DNA of 64,000 bases from an uncultured Gemmatimonadales bacterium. Lineage in GTDB: Bacteria > Gemmatimonadota > Gemmatimonadetes > Gemmatimonadales > GWC2-71-9. Position numbers and translations under genes: made by a program. Where the stretch lies: contig CAWJJB010000007.1 in the NCBI GenBank assembly GCA_963843115.1, positions 26,128 through 90,127 of the forward strand. The letters run 5' to 3'. Below the pieces are notes generated by a model that was not told where the DNA came from, did not search any database, and saw nothing but the letters and a program-made list of their open reading frames with translations. Numbering within the stretch: the first letter of the stretch is position 1; every line of letters starts with the position of its first letter. Of this stretch, positions 9,179 through 18,063 are shown in pieces.

Positions 9179-10594
9179 TCAGGCCGGCGCGATGTTCTTG
9201 TTCGTCCGGAACATGTTGCCCGGGTCCCACTTTGCCTTGATTGCGCCGAGTCGCTTCAGGTTCCGGCCGAGCGCCGCCGCCGTGCGCTCCGGCCCCTCAT
9301 CCTCCGTCAGGAAGTTGAGGTAGGTACCCCCGGTCGAGAATGCCTTCAGTTCACCCCACGCGTCGCGCGCCCACGCAATATGGGTGGCATCCTCGCTGGC
9401 GGGATCCCATGCCCCCGTCAGGTTGAGCACATACTTCGCATCCCGGTTGCCGACCGCCGAGTGCGCTTCGTCGATCTCGTTCAGTTTCCCCCCGAGCTGG
9501 AACAGCGCCGCCGCCGTGTGCGGCGAACGAATGCGCAGCCCATGCTCGATCAGCTTGGAGAGGAAGGCCGGCTCGAGCCGAGGCAGGTACTCCGCTTTCC
9601 AGTAGTAGCGCCGTCCCTTCGGCTGGGTTGCGTCGAGCAACGCTTGCAGCTGTGCATACGGCCGCCGTACCAGGATGTCGCCCACCGGCTTGCCGAACCC
9701 TTTGATCGGTGCAACCGCCTTCTCGCCATCCTCCGGCTTGCCACTGTGGCAGGCGAGGATCCCGATTATCGGCTTGCCATGGATCTCCTTCGGAAGCCAC
9801 GGCGCCGGCGGCGCGAGCCGGAGCAGCGCCACCAGCGTCAGCTCCGGCGACGACTGCTCCGATATCGTCCGGTACATCTCGAGCACGGCACCCGCCTCGC
9901 TCGCCGGCCACGCCACCAGGCCGCCGACGATCTCGGGCCCCACCGGGTGCAGCTGGTAGTCGATGCCTGTCACCACACCGAAGTTGCCGCCGCCGCCCCG
10001 GAGCCCCCAGAAAAGGTCGGCGTTCTCCTCCTCGCTCGCCCGTACCAGCTTCCCGTCGGCGGTCACCACGTCCATGCCGAGCACGTTGTCCGACGCCCAG
10101 CCCCACCGACGCGTGAGGTAGCCGAACCCGCCGCCCAGCGTCAGGCCGGCGATACCCGTGGCCGAGACGAAGCCAAGCACCGTGGCGAGTCCATGCAGCT
10201 GGGTTTCCCGGTCCACGTCACCGAGCAGGCACCCCGCCTGGGCATGCGCGATGCGCGCCTTGGGGTCCACCCAGACACCGCGCATGAGCGACATGTCGAG
10301 CATCAGGGCCCCGTCCACCGTGGCGAGCCCGGCGATGTTGTGCCCCCCGCCCTTGATGCAGAGGAGCAGGTTGCTGGCCCGGGCGAACTGCACGCACGCC
10401 ACCACGTCGGCCACGCCGAGGCACCGCACCACCAGCCCCGGTCGCCGGTCGATCATGGCATTCCAGACCGTTCGCGATTCCTCGTACCCGTCGTCGCCCG
10501 GCGAAAGCATCATGCCCCGCAGGCGGCCCTTCAGGCCGTCGATGGCATCCTGCGCCAGCTCCGTTTCGCCGCCGTCCAGCGTGCGCAGCTTCAT
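9179..10594 (-). CDS. FAD-linked oxidase, berberine-bridge-enzyme-like (FAD_binding_4 + BBE domains)
   Basis: GGGHN, LRGGGGNFGVV and a C-terminal BBE-like region. 471 aa. Confidence 0.85.
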   Translation of the reverse strand: MKLRTLDGGETELAQDAIDGLKGRLRGMMLSPGDDGYEESRTVWNAMIDRRPGLVVRCLGVADVVACVQFARASNLLLCIKGGGHNIAGLATVDGALMLDMSLMRGVWVDPKARIAHAQAGCLLGDVDRETQLHGLATVLGFVSATGIAGLTLGGGFGYLTRRWGWASDNVLGMDVVTADGKLVRASEEENADLFWGLRGGGGNFGVVTGIDYQLHPVGPEIVGGLVAWPASEAGAVLEMYRTISEQSSPELTLVALLRLAPPAPWLPKEIHGKPIIGILACHSGKPEDGEKAVAPIKGFGKPVGDILVRRPYAQLQALLDATQPKGRRYYWKAEYLPRLEPAFLSKLIEHGLRIRSPHTAAALFQLGGKLNEIDEAHSAVGNRDAKYVLNLTGAWDPASEDATHIAWARDAWGELKAFSTGGTYLNFLTEDEGPERTAAALGRNLKRLGAIKAKWDPGNMFRTNKNIAPA

Positions 10595-10642
10595 GGCTGT
10601 GCCCCCTTGAGGAATTCTCCTCCCATGATGAAGCCGGAGACG

Positions 10643-11065
10643 TCACTTGCCAAGGGTACCGCGTTCCTCCTCGAGTTCCTCCTCCTTCAGCTCGATCTCC
10701 ACCCGTTCGGCCTTGATCACCAGCCGAAGCCGCGCATAGATGCTCATGTAGACATTGGCCATCCACACCAGCGCAAAGCCGGCGATCACGTAGCCCCGCC
10801 AGCCCTCCAGCAGCAGCTGGTATCCCGTCAGCACCAGGAACCCGAGGGTCACGTAGTGGCTGAAGCAGTATTCGCAGGTGAACAGGTAGAAGAACTTCCG
10901 CACATACCAGCGCCGGTCCCGCTGGGAGCGACCAACGCAGTACTCGTGGACCTCGCGGAACACTTCCTCGTGCGTCACCGTCCACGCAATGCACGCGATC
11001 GGCAGGGCAAGCAGGAAGAGCCACGCCACCTGGACGCCGAGCGGATTCACGGCCGGTGCCATCAT
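10643..11065 (-). CDS. small integral membrane protein (DUF1360-like) with acidic coiled C-terminus
   Basis: Three to four hydrophobic helices. Lies immediately upstream of the oxidase on the same strand. Confidence 0.5.
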   Translation of the reverse strand: MMAPAVNPLGVQVAWLFLLALPIACIAWTVTHEEVFREVHEYCVGRSQRDRRWYVRKFFYLFTCEYCFSHYVTLGFLVLTGYQLLLEGWRGYVIAGFALVWMANVYMSIYARLRLVIKAERVEIELKEEELEEERGTLGK

Positions 11066-11213
11066 GTCGATCGGTCCTCATGGGGGGGAGCAGCGCCTCG
11101 AAGCATCCCTCAGGATACCATGGCGGCAGCTCCCGGTTGCCCCGCTGGCACCGGCAGGCCATTGTGCTAGTGGGCCCACGTGGCGGGCCAACCACAGAAA
11201 CGGAGCGTAACGC

Positions 11214-11531
11214 ATGCAGATCCAGGTGAACACCGACCACAACATTGCCGGCGACGAAAAGCAGGCGGCGGCGGTGGAATCCGCCGTTCGCGATGCGCTG
11301 GAACGGTTTGGCGAGCAGATCACCCGCGTCGAGGTCCACCTCACCGACGAGAACAGCGCCGACAAGACCGGGCCCGCCGACATCCGCTGCCTCATGGAGG
11401 CCCGTGTCGCGGGTCGGCAGCCAACTGCGGTGAGCGACCAGGCCGCCACCATCGACCAGGCTGTCGCCGGGGCCGCCGAGAAGATGAAGCGCATGCTCGA
11501 AAGCACCTTCGGCAAGGTGGGACACCGCTGA
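11214..11531 (+). CDS. ribosome hibernation/ribosomal-subunit-interface protein family (HPF/RaiA-like, short form)
   Basis: MQIQVNTDHNIAGDEKQAA...ITRVEVHLTDEN pattern resembling HPF N-terminus and core. GGAG-type RBS. Confidence 0.5.
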   Translation: MQIQVNTDHNIAGDEKQAAAVESAVRDALERFGEQITRVEVHLTDENSADKTGPADIRCLMEARVAGRQPTAVSDQAATIDQAVAGAAEKMKRMLESTFGKVGHR

Positions 11532-11717
11532 ACGAACCTTTTGGTGGGTCGTCCGGTCAGGCATCGGACAGGAAGCAGCCGCCCGCAGCCTGGGCGGCGA
11601 TCGGCCTTTCCGCCTCCCAACCCAAGTCCCGCACCCCTTACAACCGAGTCAGCCCTCCCGCACTCGCCGCCCGCATCAGGGGGCGCCGCGTGGTGTATCT
11701 CCATGGGAGGCATCAAC

Positions 11718-12134
11718 ATGCTCGAAGGGATCAAGCGGGCCTGGCGGCAACTGAAGCGCGGCAAGCCGGGGAGACGATTTTGTGACCAGTACGAGGCGCA
11801 CCAGAAGTCCCGGCGCCCCGCCTGGGTTCGCCCTGTGTGGATTGCGGCGGGCACTGCGCTCCTCGCACTTGGCATCATCGCGCTCCCCGCTCCCGGGCCC
11901 GGGTTCCTCGTCATCGGGTTGGGAGGCGCGATGATCGCCCGCGAATCACGAGTGGCCGCCGGCGCCCTCGACTGGATCGAACTGCGACTGCGGGACGCAT
12001 GGGCATGGGCCAAAGACGCCTGGGCCCGGTCACCCTGGCCGGTCAAGCTCCTGACGATCCTTCTTGGCGCGGCGATGGCGGTGGCGGCCGGCGGGCTGGC
12101 GGCGGTCTACGTGCGCCGCACCTTCTTCAGTTGA
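11718..12134 (+). CDS. PGPGW-family putative transmembrane protein
   Basis: LPAPGPGFLVIGLGGAMIA motif. Alternative in-frame ATG at 11703. Confidence 0.6.
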   Translation: MLEGIKRAWRQLKRGKPGRRFCDQYEAHQKSRRPAWVRPVWIAAGTALLALGIIALPAPGPGFLVIGLGGAMIARESRVAAGALDWIELRLRDAWAWAKDAWARSPWPVKLLTILLGAAMAVAAGGLAAVYVRRTFFS

Positions 12135-12160
12135 TGACAGCAACCCCGTGCCCTCCACCG

Positions 12161-13051
12161 TCAGGGCAGCGCAATCCGTTCTCCCAGCCCGGCATAGACG
12201 TAGTCGTGACCGAATGCCGCCTGCAGCGCGGCAAATGCCGGCTCGCCGGTGCAATGCCCCGGTGCGATGGTCGTGATCTGCCACTCACTCCTGAGGCGAT
12301 GCGCCAGTGGCAGGAGCACCGAGTCGGGGGTGGCCACCAGGTGCAGTCCCCCCACCAGGGCGCGCACCGGCTCGCCCTCGGCCGTGGCCGCCGCCAGGAT
12401 GCGCTCAATCCCGGGATGCGAACAGCCCACCACCACGATACTGCCGGTGGGCGTCGTCAGCACCAGCGACAGTTCCCGCAACTCGAGCGTGCCCGGCGTC
12501 TCCGACACCAGCGACACGAGGCGAATGCCGGGGGCGATCACCCGTGAGCTGTCCACCACGATCATGTGCGCGCCGGGCCAGAGGGTACCGGCATGAATGA
12601 CGCCCGGTACCGCCCCATTGAGGTAGCGCATGCTATCCGGCAGCGCCGGGTCCGGCCGGTAGAACGTGCCGGGAATGTCGCTGCCGAAGATGCCGAAGGG
12701 CTCCCGTGGGGCGTACACCGTCACGTCGGGATTCGCCGTGAGTACCGCCTGCAGGCCGGCGGCATGGTCGCTGTGCCGGTGCGACACCACCACGAAGTCC
12801 AGGCGGCTGAGGTCCACATGCAGGCGCCGCACGTTTTCCGAGAAGATCGCCGCATTGTTGCCCGTGTCGAACAGGATACGCTTGCCCTGGTACTCGATCA
12901 GCGCGGCGAAGCCCCAGTCTTGCAGCAGGCCCGCATGTCCGCCAAAGGCGTCGTAGAGAATCGTCACGGTCGTGGGCGCGGTCGGCTGGCGAGGCGGGGC
13001 CTCGGGGGCCGGCAAGGTCGCGAGCAGCAGCAGGGCCAGCATGGTGACCAT
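12161..13051 (-). CDS. secreted MBL-fold metallo-hydrolase
   Basis: HRHSDH metal-binding motif. N-terminal signal peptide MVTMLALLLLATLPA. AGGAGA RBS before ATG 13051. Confidence 0.8.
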   Translation of the reverse strand: MVTMLALLLLATLPAPEAPPRQPTAPTTVTILYDAFGGHAGLLQDWGFAALIEYQGKRILFDTGNNAAIFSENVRRLHVDLSRLDFVVVSHRHSDHAAGLQAVLTANPDVTVYAPREPFGIFGSDIPGTFYRPDPALPDSMRYLNGAVPGVIHAGTLWPGAHMIVVDSSRVIAPGIRLVSLVSETPGTLELRELSLVLTTPTGSIVVVGCSHPGIERILAAATAEGEPVRALVGGLHLVATPDSVLLPLAHRLRSEWQITTIAPGHCTGEPAFAALQAAFGHDYVYAGLGERIALP

Positions 13052-13127
13052 CTCCTCCGTTGGCGATCTGCTATACATACAGCATTCACCATGGTGCTCG
13101 CTATCTTGCGAGGGAAGGAGGTGCCCA

Positions 13128-13337
13128 ATGACCGATGACACGCATGAAGGTTCCGCGGAGAAAGACACGCCGGCCGTCGATCGGCGCCGCTGGCGTTCCC
13201 CGCGGTCGCCGCTGGCATCCAGTGTCTCGCCAGCACTTCGCGACGCGGTCCGCCGGCTCGACGAGACCCGCGCTCGCCTGCACGACGTCATTGAACAACA
13301 GGGAGGTCACGAAAATGTCAGTCGCAAAGGTCAGTGA
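13128..13337 (+). CDS. candidate small Arg-rich protein (69 aa) upstream of and overlapping dodecin
   Basis: GGAAGGAGG Shine-Dalgarno 6 nt before the ATG. No similarity recognised. Confidence 0.3.
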   Translation: MTDDTHEGSAEKDTPAVDRRRWRSPRSPLASSVSPALRDAVRRLDETRARLHDVIEQQGGHENVSRKGQ

Positions 13338-13515
13338 GATCATCGCGTCGTCCACAAAAGGCTTCGAGGACGCCGTCACCCAGGGCATCGAGCGCGCGTC
13401 GAAGACGCTCAAGAACGTGCAGGGCGCGTGGGTGTCGGAGCAGAAGGTGGTGGTAAACGGGGGGAAGGTGGTGGAATACCGCGTCACCATGCGCGTCACC
13501 TTCGTGCTGGAATAG
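13315..13515 (+). CDS. dodecin family flavin-binding protein
   Basis: MSVAKVSEIIASSTKGFEDAVTQGIERASKTLKNV...YRVTMRVTFVLE matches the dodecin pattern. GGGAGG RBS. Confidence 0.8.
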   Translation: MSVAKVSEIIASSTKGFEDAVTQGIERASKTLKNVQGAWVSEQKVVVNGGKVVEYRVTMRVTFVLE

Positions 13516-13576
13516 CACCCGGATACCGTGCTGCAGGGGCCCGGCGTCAGGCTCGAGCCCCCGCAACGCGGTCACG

Positions 13577-14647
13577 TCAGCCCGGCACGTAGGTCAGGGT
13601 CGGCAACTTCGTCCAGGTCGCTCCCCCGTTGCGCGAGATCTCGTGCTTCGCCTCCACCTTGCCGTTCACCGGCGTCAGCGTCAGCCGATAAGTCACCTCG
13701 CCGCCGGGCGCCTTTTCCACGCCCGTCAGCACTAGCGCTGCGCCAGCGAAATCCCCTTCCAGTTCGATCCGCTCACCCAGGTTGTCCACTGACGACCGGT
13801 ACCAGTGGCCCGTCACCGGGTCACGATAGGTGAACGTGATCGCCTCGTAGCCGAGTCGACCGGTGAAGTGCTCCTCCGCGAGGCATCCGCTCACCGTCTT
13901 GCTGATGCCGCTCCGCCCGAGGCTCACTCCAAACGGGCCCTTCACGTTCCACGACCCGGCGAGGAAGTTGGTGTCGGTGTACGGCGCGCCGTCGCACAGC
14001 CCCGATGACACCATCGGCGGCGGGTTGACCGCGCCCACCCGGTGATACTCGCCGTTCCAGAACTGCTGGTCGTAGCCGGTGGCCGGTACGGTCAGGCGGC
14101 CGGTCTGCAGCAAGGTGTTGCCGTCCACCGGTGACCACGTCCAGGTGTCGAAAAGGGTCCGGCCATTCGCGGCATTGATCCGCTGCCCCTTCAGCACCAT
14201 TGTGCCCGACCCATCGAGCCCCCCCGCCATCCGGTAGTCCACGCCATAGTCGGCCACCCAGGTCTGGCGCCACTGTTTCGTGTCGGCGTCGTAGCTGTTG
14301 AGGCTCACGCCCACCGAGCCGCCATCAGGGTCGAGATAGTTCTCCTTGATGGCACATCCGCCCAGCAGGGGCTCGACCACGTTGGTCCCCTGGGGCCCAC
14401 CGTCTTCAGTGATGTCCCACTGTCCCAGCCAGAAATCGAACTCGTGGTACGCCGCCGCCTGGCAGGGCCGGAACGAACCGCCGGAAAACCCGCGCGACGC
14501 CGCGAAGGGCAGCACATCGCTCGTCGTTTCGCTGCTGGGTGGCGGCTGGTCCGGTGCGGCCGGCGCGTCGGCGCATGCCGCCAGGGCGCCAGCCAGCGCG
14601 GCGGCGGCAACAGCGTGGCGGCTGAATCGAAGGGTCTCGGACTTCAT
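13577..14647 (-). CDS. secreted lipoprotein with two internally duplicated beta-rich domains, unknown function
   Basis: Lipobox ALAAC. Repeated FDFWLGQW...QWRQTW and FLAGSWNV...HWYRSSVDN modules. Confidence 0.6.
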   Translation of the reverse strand: MKSETLRFSRHAVAAAALAGALAACADAPAAPDQPPPSSETTSDVLPFAASRGFSGGSFRPCQAAAYHEFDFWLGQWDITEDGGPQGTNVVEPLLGGCAIKENYLDPDGGSVGVSLNSYDADTKQWRQTWVADYGVDYRMAGGLDGSGTMVLKGQRINAANGRTLFDTWTWSPVDGNTLLQTGRLTVPATGYDQQFWNGEYHRVGAVNPPPMVSSGLCDGAPYTDTNFLAGSWNVKGPFGVSLGRSGISKTVSGCLAEEHFTGRLGYEAITFTYRDPVTGHWYRSSVDNLGERIELEGDFAGAALVLTGVEKAPGGEVTYRLTLTPVNGKVEAKHEISRNGGATWTKLPTLTYVPG

Positions 14648-14775
14648 GGTCTCTCCAAGGTGCGGGTGACGGGCGCCCGAGCCGGGCGCCCCGCTTCGCC
14701 TTCACAATGGAATGGAAGTGGTAGCGCGTGAAGTGCCAATTAGTGATATTTCAACCAGTCCACTTTGAGGGAGAC

Positions 14776-16257
14776 ATGCGGAGCTCTGCCGGGCTGGCGC
14801 CCTGGCTCGATCTCGACCAGCACGACGATGTACCCCTCTACCTGCAGCTCTATGAGCAGGTGCGCGGCGCCGTGCTGGACGGTCGGCTCGGTCCCGGGGC
14901 GCGGCTCCCGTCGTCCCGCGCCCTCGCCACCGATCTGCGCCTTTCCCGGGCCACCGTGGTTCAGGCCTATGACCGGCTCTGGTCCGAGGGATATCTCGAG
15001 TCGCGCGTGGGGTCGGGTACCCGCATCACCTCCACCCTGCCGGAAGAACGCCTCGTGGCGCCGGTGTCTGCGCAAGAGGGTGCGAAGGTGCGGGCCCCGG
15101 TGCACCTCTCCCGGCGGGCCGCGAACCTTGCGGGCGAATTCGCCGGGGCCGGCCAGCTCGACGTGGCGCGTCCCTTCCTCCCGGGATATCCCGCCGTCGA
15201 CCTCTTTCCCATCGCCATCTGGCGGAGGCTCGCGTGGCGCCGGCTTCGCGCGCGCAGCCAGGTCGATATCCTCCGCCCTCCCGACCCCGTCGGCCACGCG
15301 TCGCTCCGGAGCGCAGTCGCGGAGCATCTTCGCCTGACCCGCGGCGTCCACTGCACGGCGGAGCAGGTGGTGATCACCACCGGTACACAACAGGCGCTGG
15401 CCCGCCTCGCCGTCCTTCTCCTCGATCCCGGGGATGCCGCCTGGATCGAGGATCCCGGCTTCCTTGGCGCGCGCCGCGCATTGCTTGCCGCCGGCGCGCA
15501 CCTCGTGCCGGTACCGGTGGATGCCGCCGGCATCGATGTCGAGGCCGGCATCGATCGCCACCGGCACGCGCGCCTCGCCTACGTCACGCCGTCACACCAG
15601 TTCCCCACCGGTGTCACCATGTCGCTCGAACGGCGGCTCCGGCTGCTGCAATGGGCGAGCGACACCGACGCCTGGATCCTGGAGGATGACTACGACGGCG
15701 AGTATCGCTACGAGGAGCGCCCGCTGCAGGCGCTGCAGGGCATGGATGCATCCGGACGGGTCATCTACATGGGCACCTTCAGCAAGATCCTCTTTCCGGC
15801 GCTGCGCCTTGGATACGTGGTCCTTCCCCCGGCGCTGGTCCCGGCGTTCGTGGCGGCGCGCGTGGCCGACGCCGGCGCCCCGCCATTGCTGGAGCAGCTC
15901 GTACTGGCCGACTTCATGAAGGGCGAGCACCTGGCCCGGCACCTCCGCCGCATGCGGCTCGTCTATCGCGAGCGCCGCAACGCATTGGTCGACGCCCTCG
16001 AGCGCCGCTGCGCAGGCCACCTCACTGCCGGTCCCGCCGGCGCCGGCATCCACCTGGCCGCGACGCTGCATCGGGGCAGCGATCGCGCGATCGCTCGGCA
16101 GGCGGCAGCACGCGGGCTCACCGCCTTTGCCCTCTCTGACTTTGCACTCGAGCCGGTGCAGCCCGGTGGCCTGGTGCTCGGCTTCGCCGGATGGTCGCCC
16201 GGGCGCATCCGGGTGGCGGTTGACTTGCTGGCCGGCGTGCTGGCGGGCGTTGGTTGA
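14776..16257 (+). CDS. MocR/PdxR-type GntR-family regulator with fused class-I aminotransferase-like domain
   Basis: N-terminal GntR winged helix-turn-helix (PLYLQLYEQVRGAVLDGRL). C-terminal AT fold with a conserved lysine region (GTFSKILFPALRLGYVV). Confidence 0.85.
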   Translation: MRSSAGLAPWLDLDQHDDVPLYLQLYEQVRGAVLDGRLGPGARLPSSRALATDLRLSRATVVQAYDRLWSEGYLESRVGSGTRITSTLPEERLVAPVSAQEGAKVRAPVHLSRRAANLAGEFAGAGQLDVARPFLPGYPAVDLFPIAIWRRLAWRRLRARSQVDILRPPDPVGHASLRSAVAEHLRLTRGVHCTAEQVVITTGTQQALARLAVLLLDPGDAAWIEDPGFLGARRALLAAGAHLVPVPVDAAGIDVEAGIDRHRHARLAYVTPSHQFPTGVTMSLERRLRLLQWASDTDAWILEDDYDGEYRYEERPLQALQGMDASGRVIYMGTFSKILFPALRLGYVVLPPALVPAFVAARVADAGAPPLLEQLVLADFMKGEHLARHLRRMRLVYRERRNALVDALERRCAGHLTAGPAGAGIHLAATLHRGSDRAIARQAAARGLTAFALSDFALEPVQPGGLVLGFAGWSPGRIRVAVDLLAGVLAGVG

Positions 16258-16341
16258 CGGCACACTGCAGGATTTGACAAGGACGGCGCAGTCTGGGTTG
16301 TCTTCACGCTCGATGGAGCGCTCACCTTCTTCCGGCGGAAT

Positions 16342-17229
16342 ATGAGATCTCGACGGTACACACAACTGCTGGTCGTTGCCCTCCTCGTCTTCGTCCTGTC
16401 GGCATGTGCCCGCCCGCCGGTAGGGCCCGGTCTCTCCATCGCCGATTCCACTGCCATTACCGCCGAGATCGCCGCCTATGCGACCGCGATGGGGACGGCA
16501 GACGTGACATGGCCCCGCTTCTTCACCGACGACGCGGTGCTGATGGTACCGAACCTGCCCCCGCTGGAGGGCAGGGAGCTCCTCCAAAGCTACGCGAAGC
16601 TCCTCCCTCCAATGACGGCGTTCACCGTGCAGCCACTGGAAATCGTGGGCCGCGACGACATGGCGTACGAGTACGGGCGCTACACCTCCAGGGCGACACT
16701 CCCGAGCGGCATCGACATCCCCGACTCCGGCAGTTACGTCGTCATCTGGCGAAGGCAGGCCGACAGCACCTGGAAGCGGTCCCGCGACATCTACAACTCC
16801 GACAATCCCGTGGTGCCGCCGCCCACGCCGGAGAACGTTGTCAGGATCCGTGATATCGCCAGGCGCTATACTGCGGCGTGGAACAGCCACCATGCCACGC
16901 TCGTCGCCAGATTCTTCGGTCCCTTTGGCTCCCTCGCCATCAACCATGGCCCGCCCGCCCGCGGACACCATGCCATCAGGGATGTGGCGCAGGGATTCAT
17001 GACGGCATTCCCTGATCTGAAGCTGTACATGGACAGCGTCGTCGTGCAGGGCGACGACCGCGCGGTGTACTACTGGACGCTGGTCGGTACCAACAACGGT
17101 CCCGGCGGCTCGGGGAAGCGCGTTCGCATCAGCGGTTTCGAGCAATGGTGGTTCGACGCCGACTGGCTTATCGATGAGTCGCTCGGGCATTTCGACGCCG
17201 ACGACTACAAGCGGCAATCCGGCGGATAG
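16342..17229 (+). CDS. lipoprotein with tandem NTF2-like (SnoaL/DUF4440-type) domains
   Basis: Lipobox LSAC. Two NTF2-like halves. Confidence 0.6.
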   Translation: MRSRRYTQLLVVALLVFVLSACARPPVGPGLSIADSTAITAEIAAYATAMGTADVTWPRFFTDDAVLMVPNLPPLEGRELLQSYAKLLPPMTAFTVQPLEIVGRDDMAYEYGRYTSRATLPSGIDIPDSGSYVVIWRRQADSTWKRSRDIYNSDNPVVPPPTPENVVRIRDIARRYTAAWNSHHATLVARFFGPFGSLAINHGPPARGHHAIRDVAQGFMTAFPDLKLYMDSVVVQGDDRAVYYWTLVGTNNGPGGSGKRVRISGFEQWWFDADWLIDESLGHFDADDYKRQSGG

Positions 17230-17264
17230 CGAAACGCTTTCGACCGGGGCGCCGTATCGACTCC

Positions 17265-18062
17265 ATGGTCCTTGCGCTGTGCCTCGCCCTCCAGGTGGTT
17301 GCCTTTCCCAGCCGCGGCGCCGTGATCGCCGGCGAGATCACCTGGCCCGATGGCGACGGCCCCTTTCCCGCCGTCGCCCTGGTGCATGGATCGGGTCCTG
17401 TTACCCGCACCAGCAATGCGTCCCTTGTTGCACTCTTCCACAGCCTGGGCTTTGCCGTCCTCGCCTATGACAAGCGCGGAACGGGCGCCTCGGGTGGCAG
17501 CTATCGCGGTGTTGGCGTCCGCAACAGCGACTCGATGATCAGCCTGCTGGGCGCGGACGCCGCCGCGGCCGCGCGGCTCCTCGCCGCCAACCCGCGAATA
17601 GACCCGGCGCGGATCGGTCTCGCTGGCGGCAGCCAGGCGGGATGGGTCATCGCCGCGGCGCTGGACAACGCACCCATCCGCTTCTTTGTCGCCCTCTCCG
17701 GTCCGGCGGTGACCGTGGGCGAGGAGATCTACTACTCCGACTTCTTCGAGCACTCCGATCGCGCGCTCGATCAGGTCGATAGCATCATGGTGCGCTTCAG
17801 CGGCCCAACGGGCTATGATCCGATGCCCGACCTTGCGCACGGCGCTGCCAGTGGGCTCTACCTGCTCGGGGCAATCGACCGCAGTGTCCCCACCGCGCTC
17901 AGCGTTGCGCGCCTTCGCCAGCTCGACGCTCGCTCCAGCGGGCGATTCACGGTGATCGTCTTTCCGACAGGTGATCATGCCCTCTTCGACGCGCGCACAC
18001 ACGCGGCACTGCCAATCAGGGCCGAAATCGCAGCTTGGCTGGATCGCCTGGGGATCCGGTAG
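17265..18062 (+). CDS. alpha/beta hydrolase (dienelactone hydrolase/peptidase S9-like)
   Basis: GGSQAG nucleophile elbow. C-terminal GDHALF. Confidence 0.7.
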   Translation: MVLALCLALQVVAFPSRGAVIAGEITWPDGDGPFPAVALVHGSGPVTRTSNASLVALFHSLGFAVLAYDKRGTGASGGSYRGVGVRNSDSMISLLGADAAAAARLLAANPRIDPARIGLAGGSQAGWVIAAALDNAPIRFFVALSGPAVTVGEEIYYSDFFEHSDRALDQVDSIMVRFSGPTGYDPMPDLAHGAASGLYLLGAIDRSVPTALSVARLRQLDARSSGRFTVIVFPTGDHALFDARTHAALPIRAEIAAWLDRLGIR

Positions 18063-18063
18063 C

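Noticed and set aside
9122-11170. 682-aa plus-strand ORF
   Set aside because: Antisense to the well-supported FAD oxidase and membrane-protein genes. Arg/Pro-rich and typical of high-GC antisense read-through.
11541-11717. N-terminal extension of the PGPGW protein (start at 11541)
   Set aside because: The extension is Pro/Ser-rich low complexity. The family-typical protein begins at MLEGIKRAW with a GGGAGG RBS.
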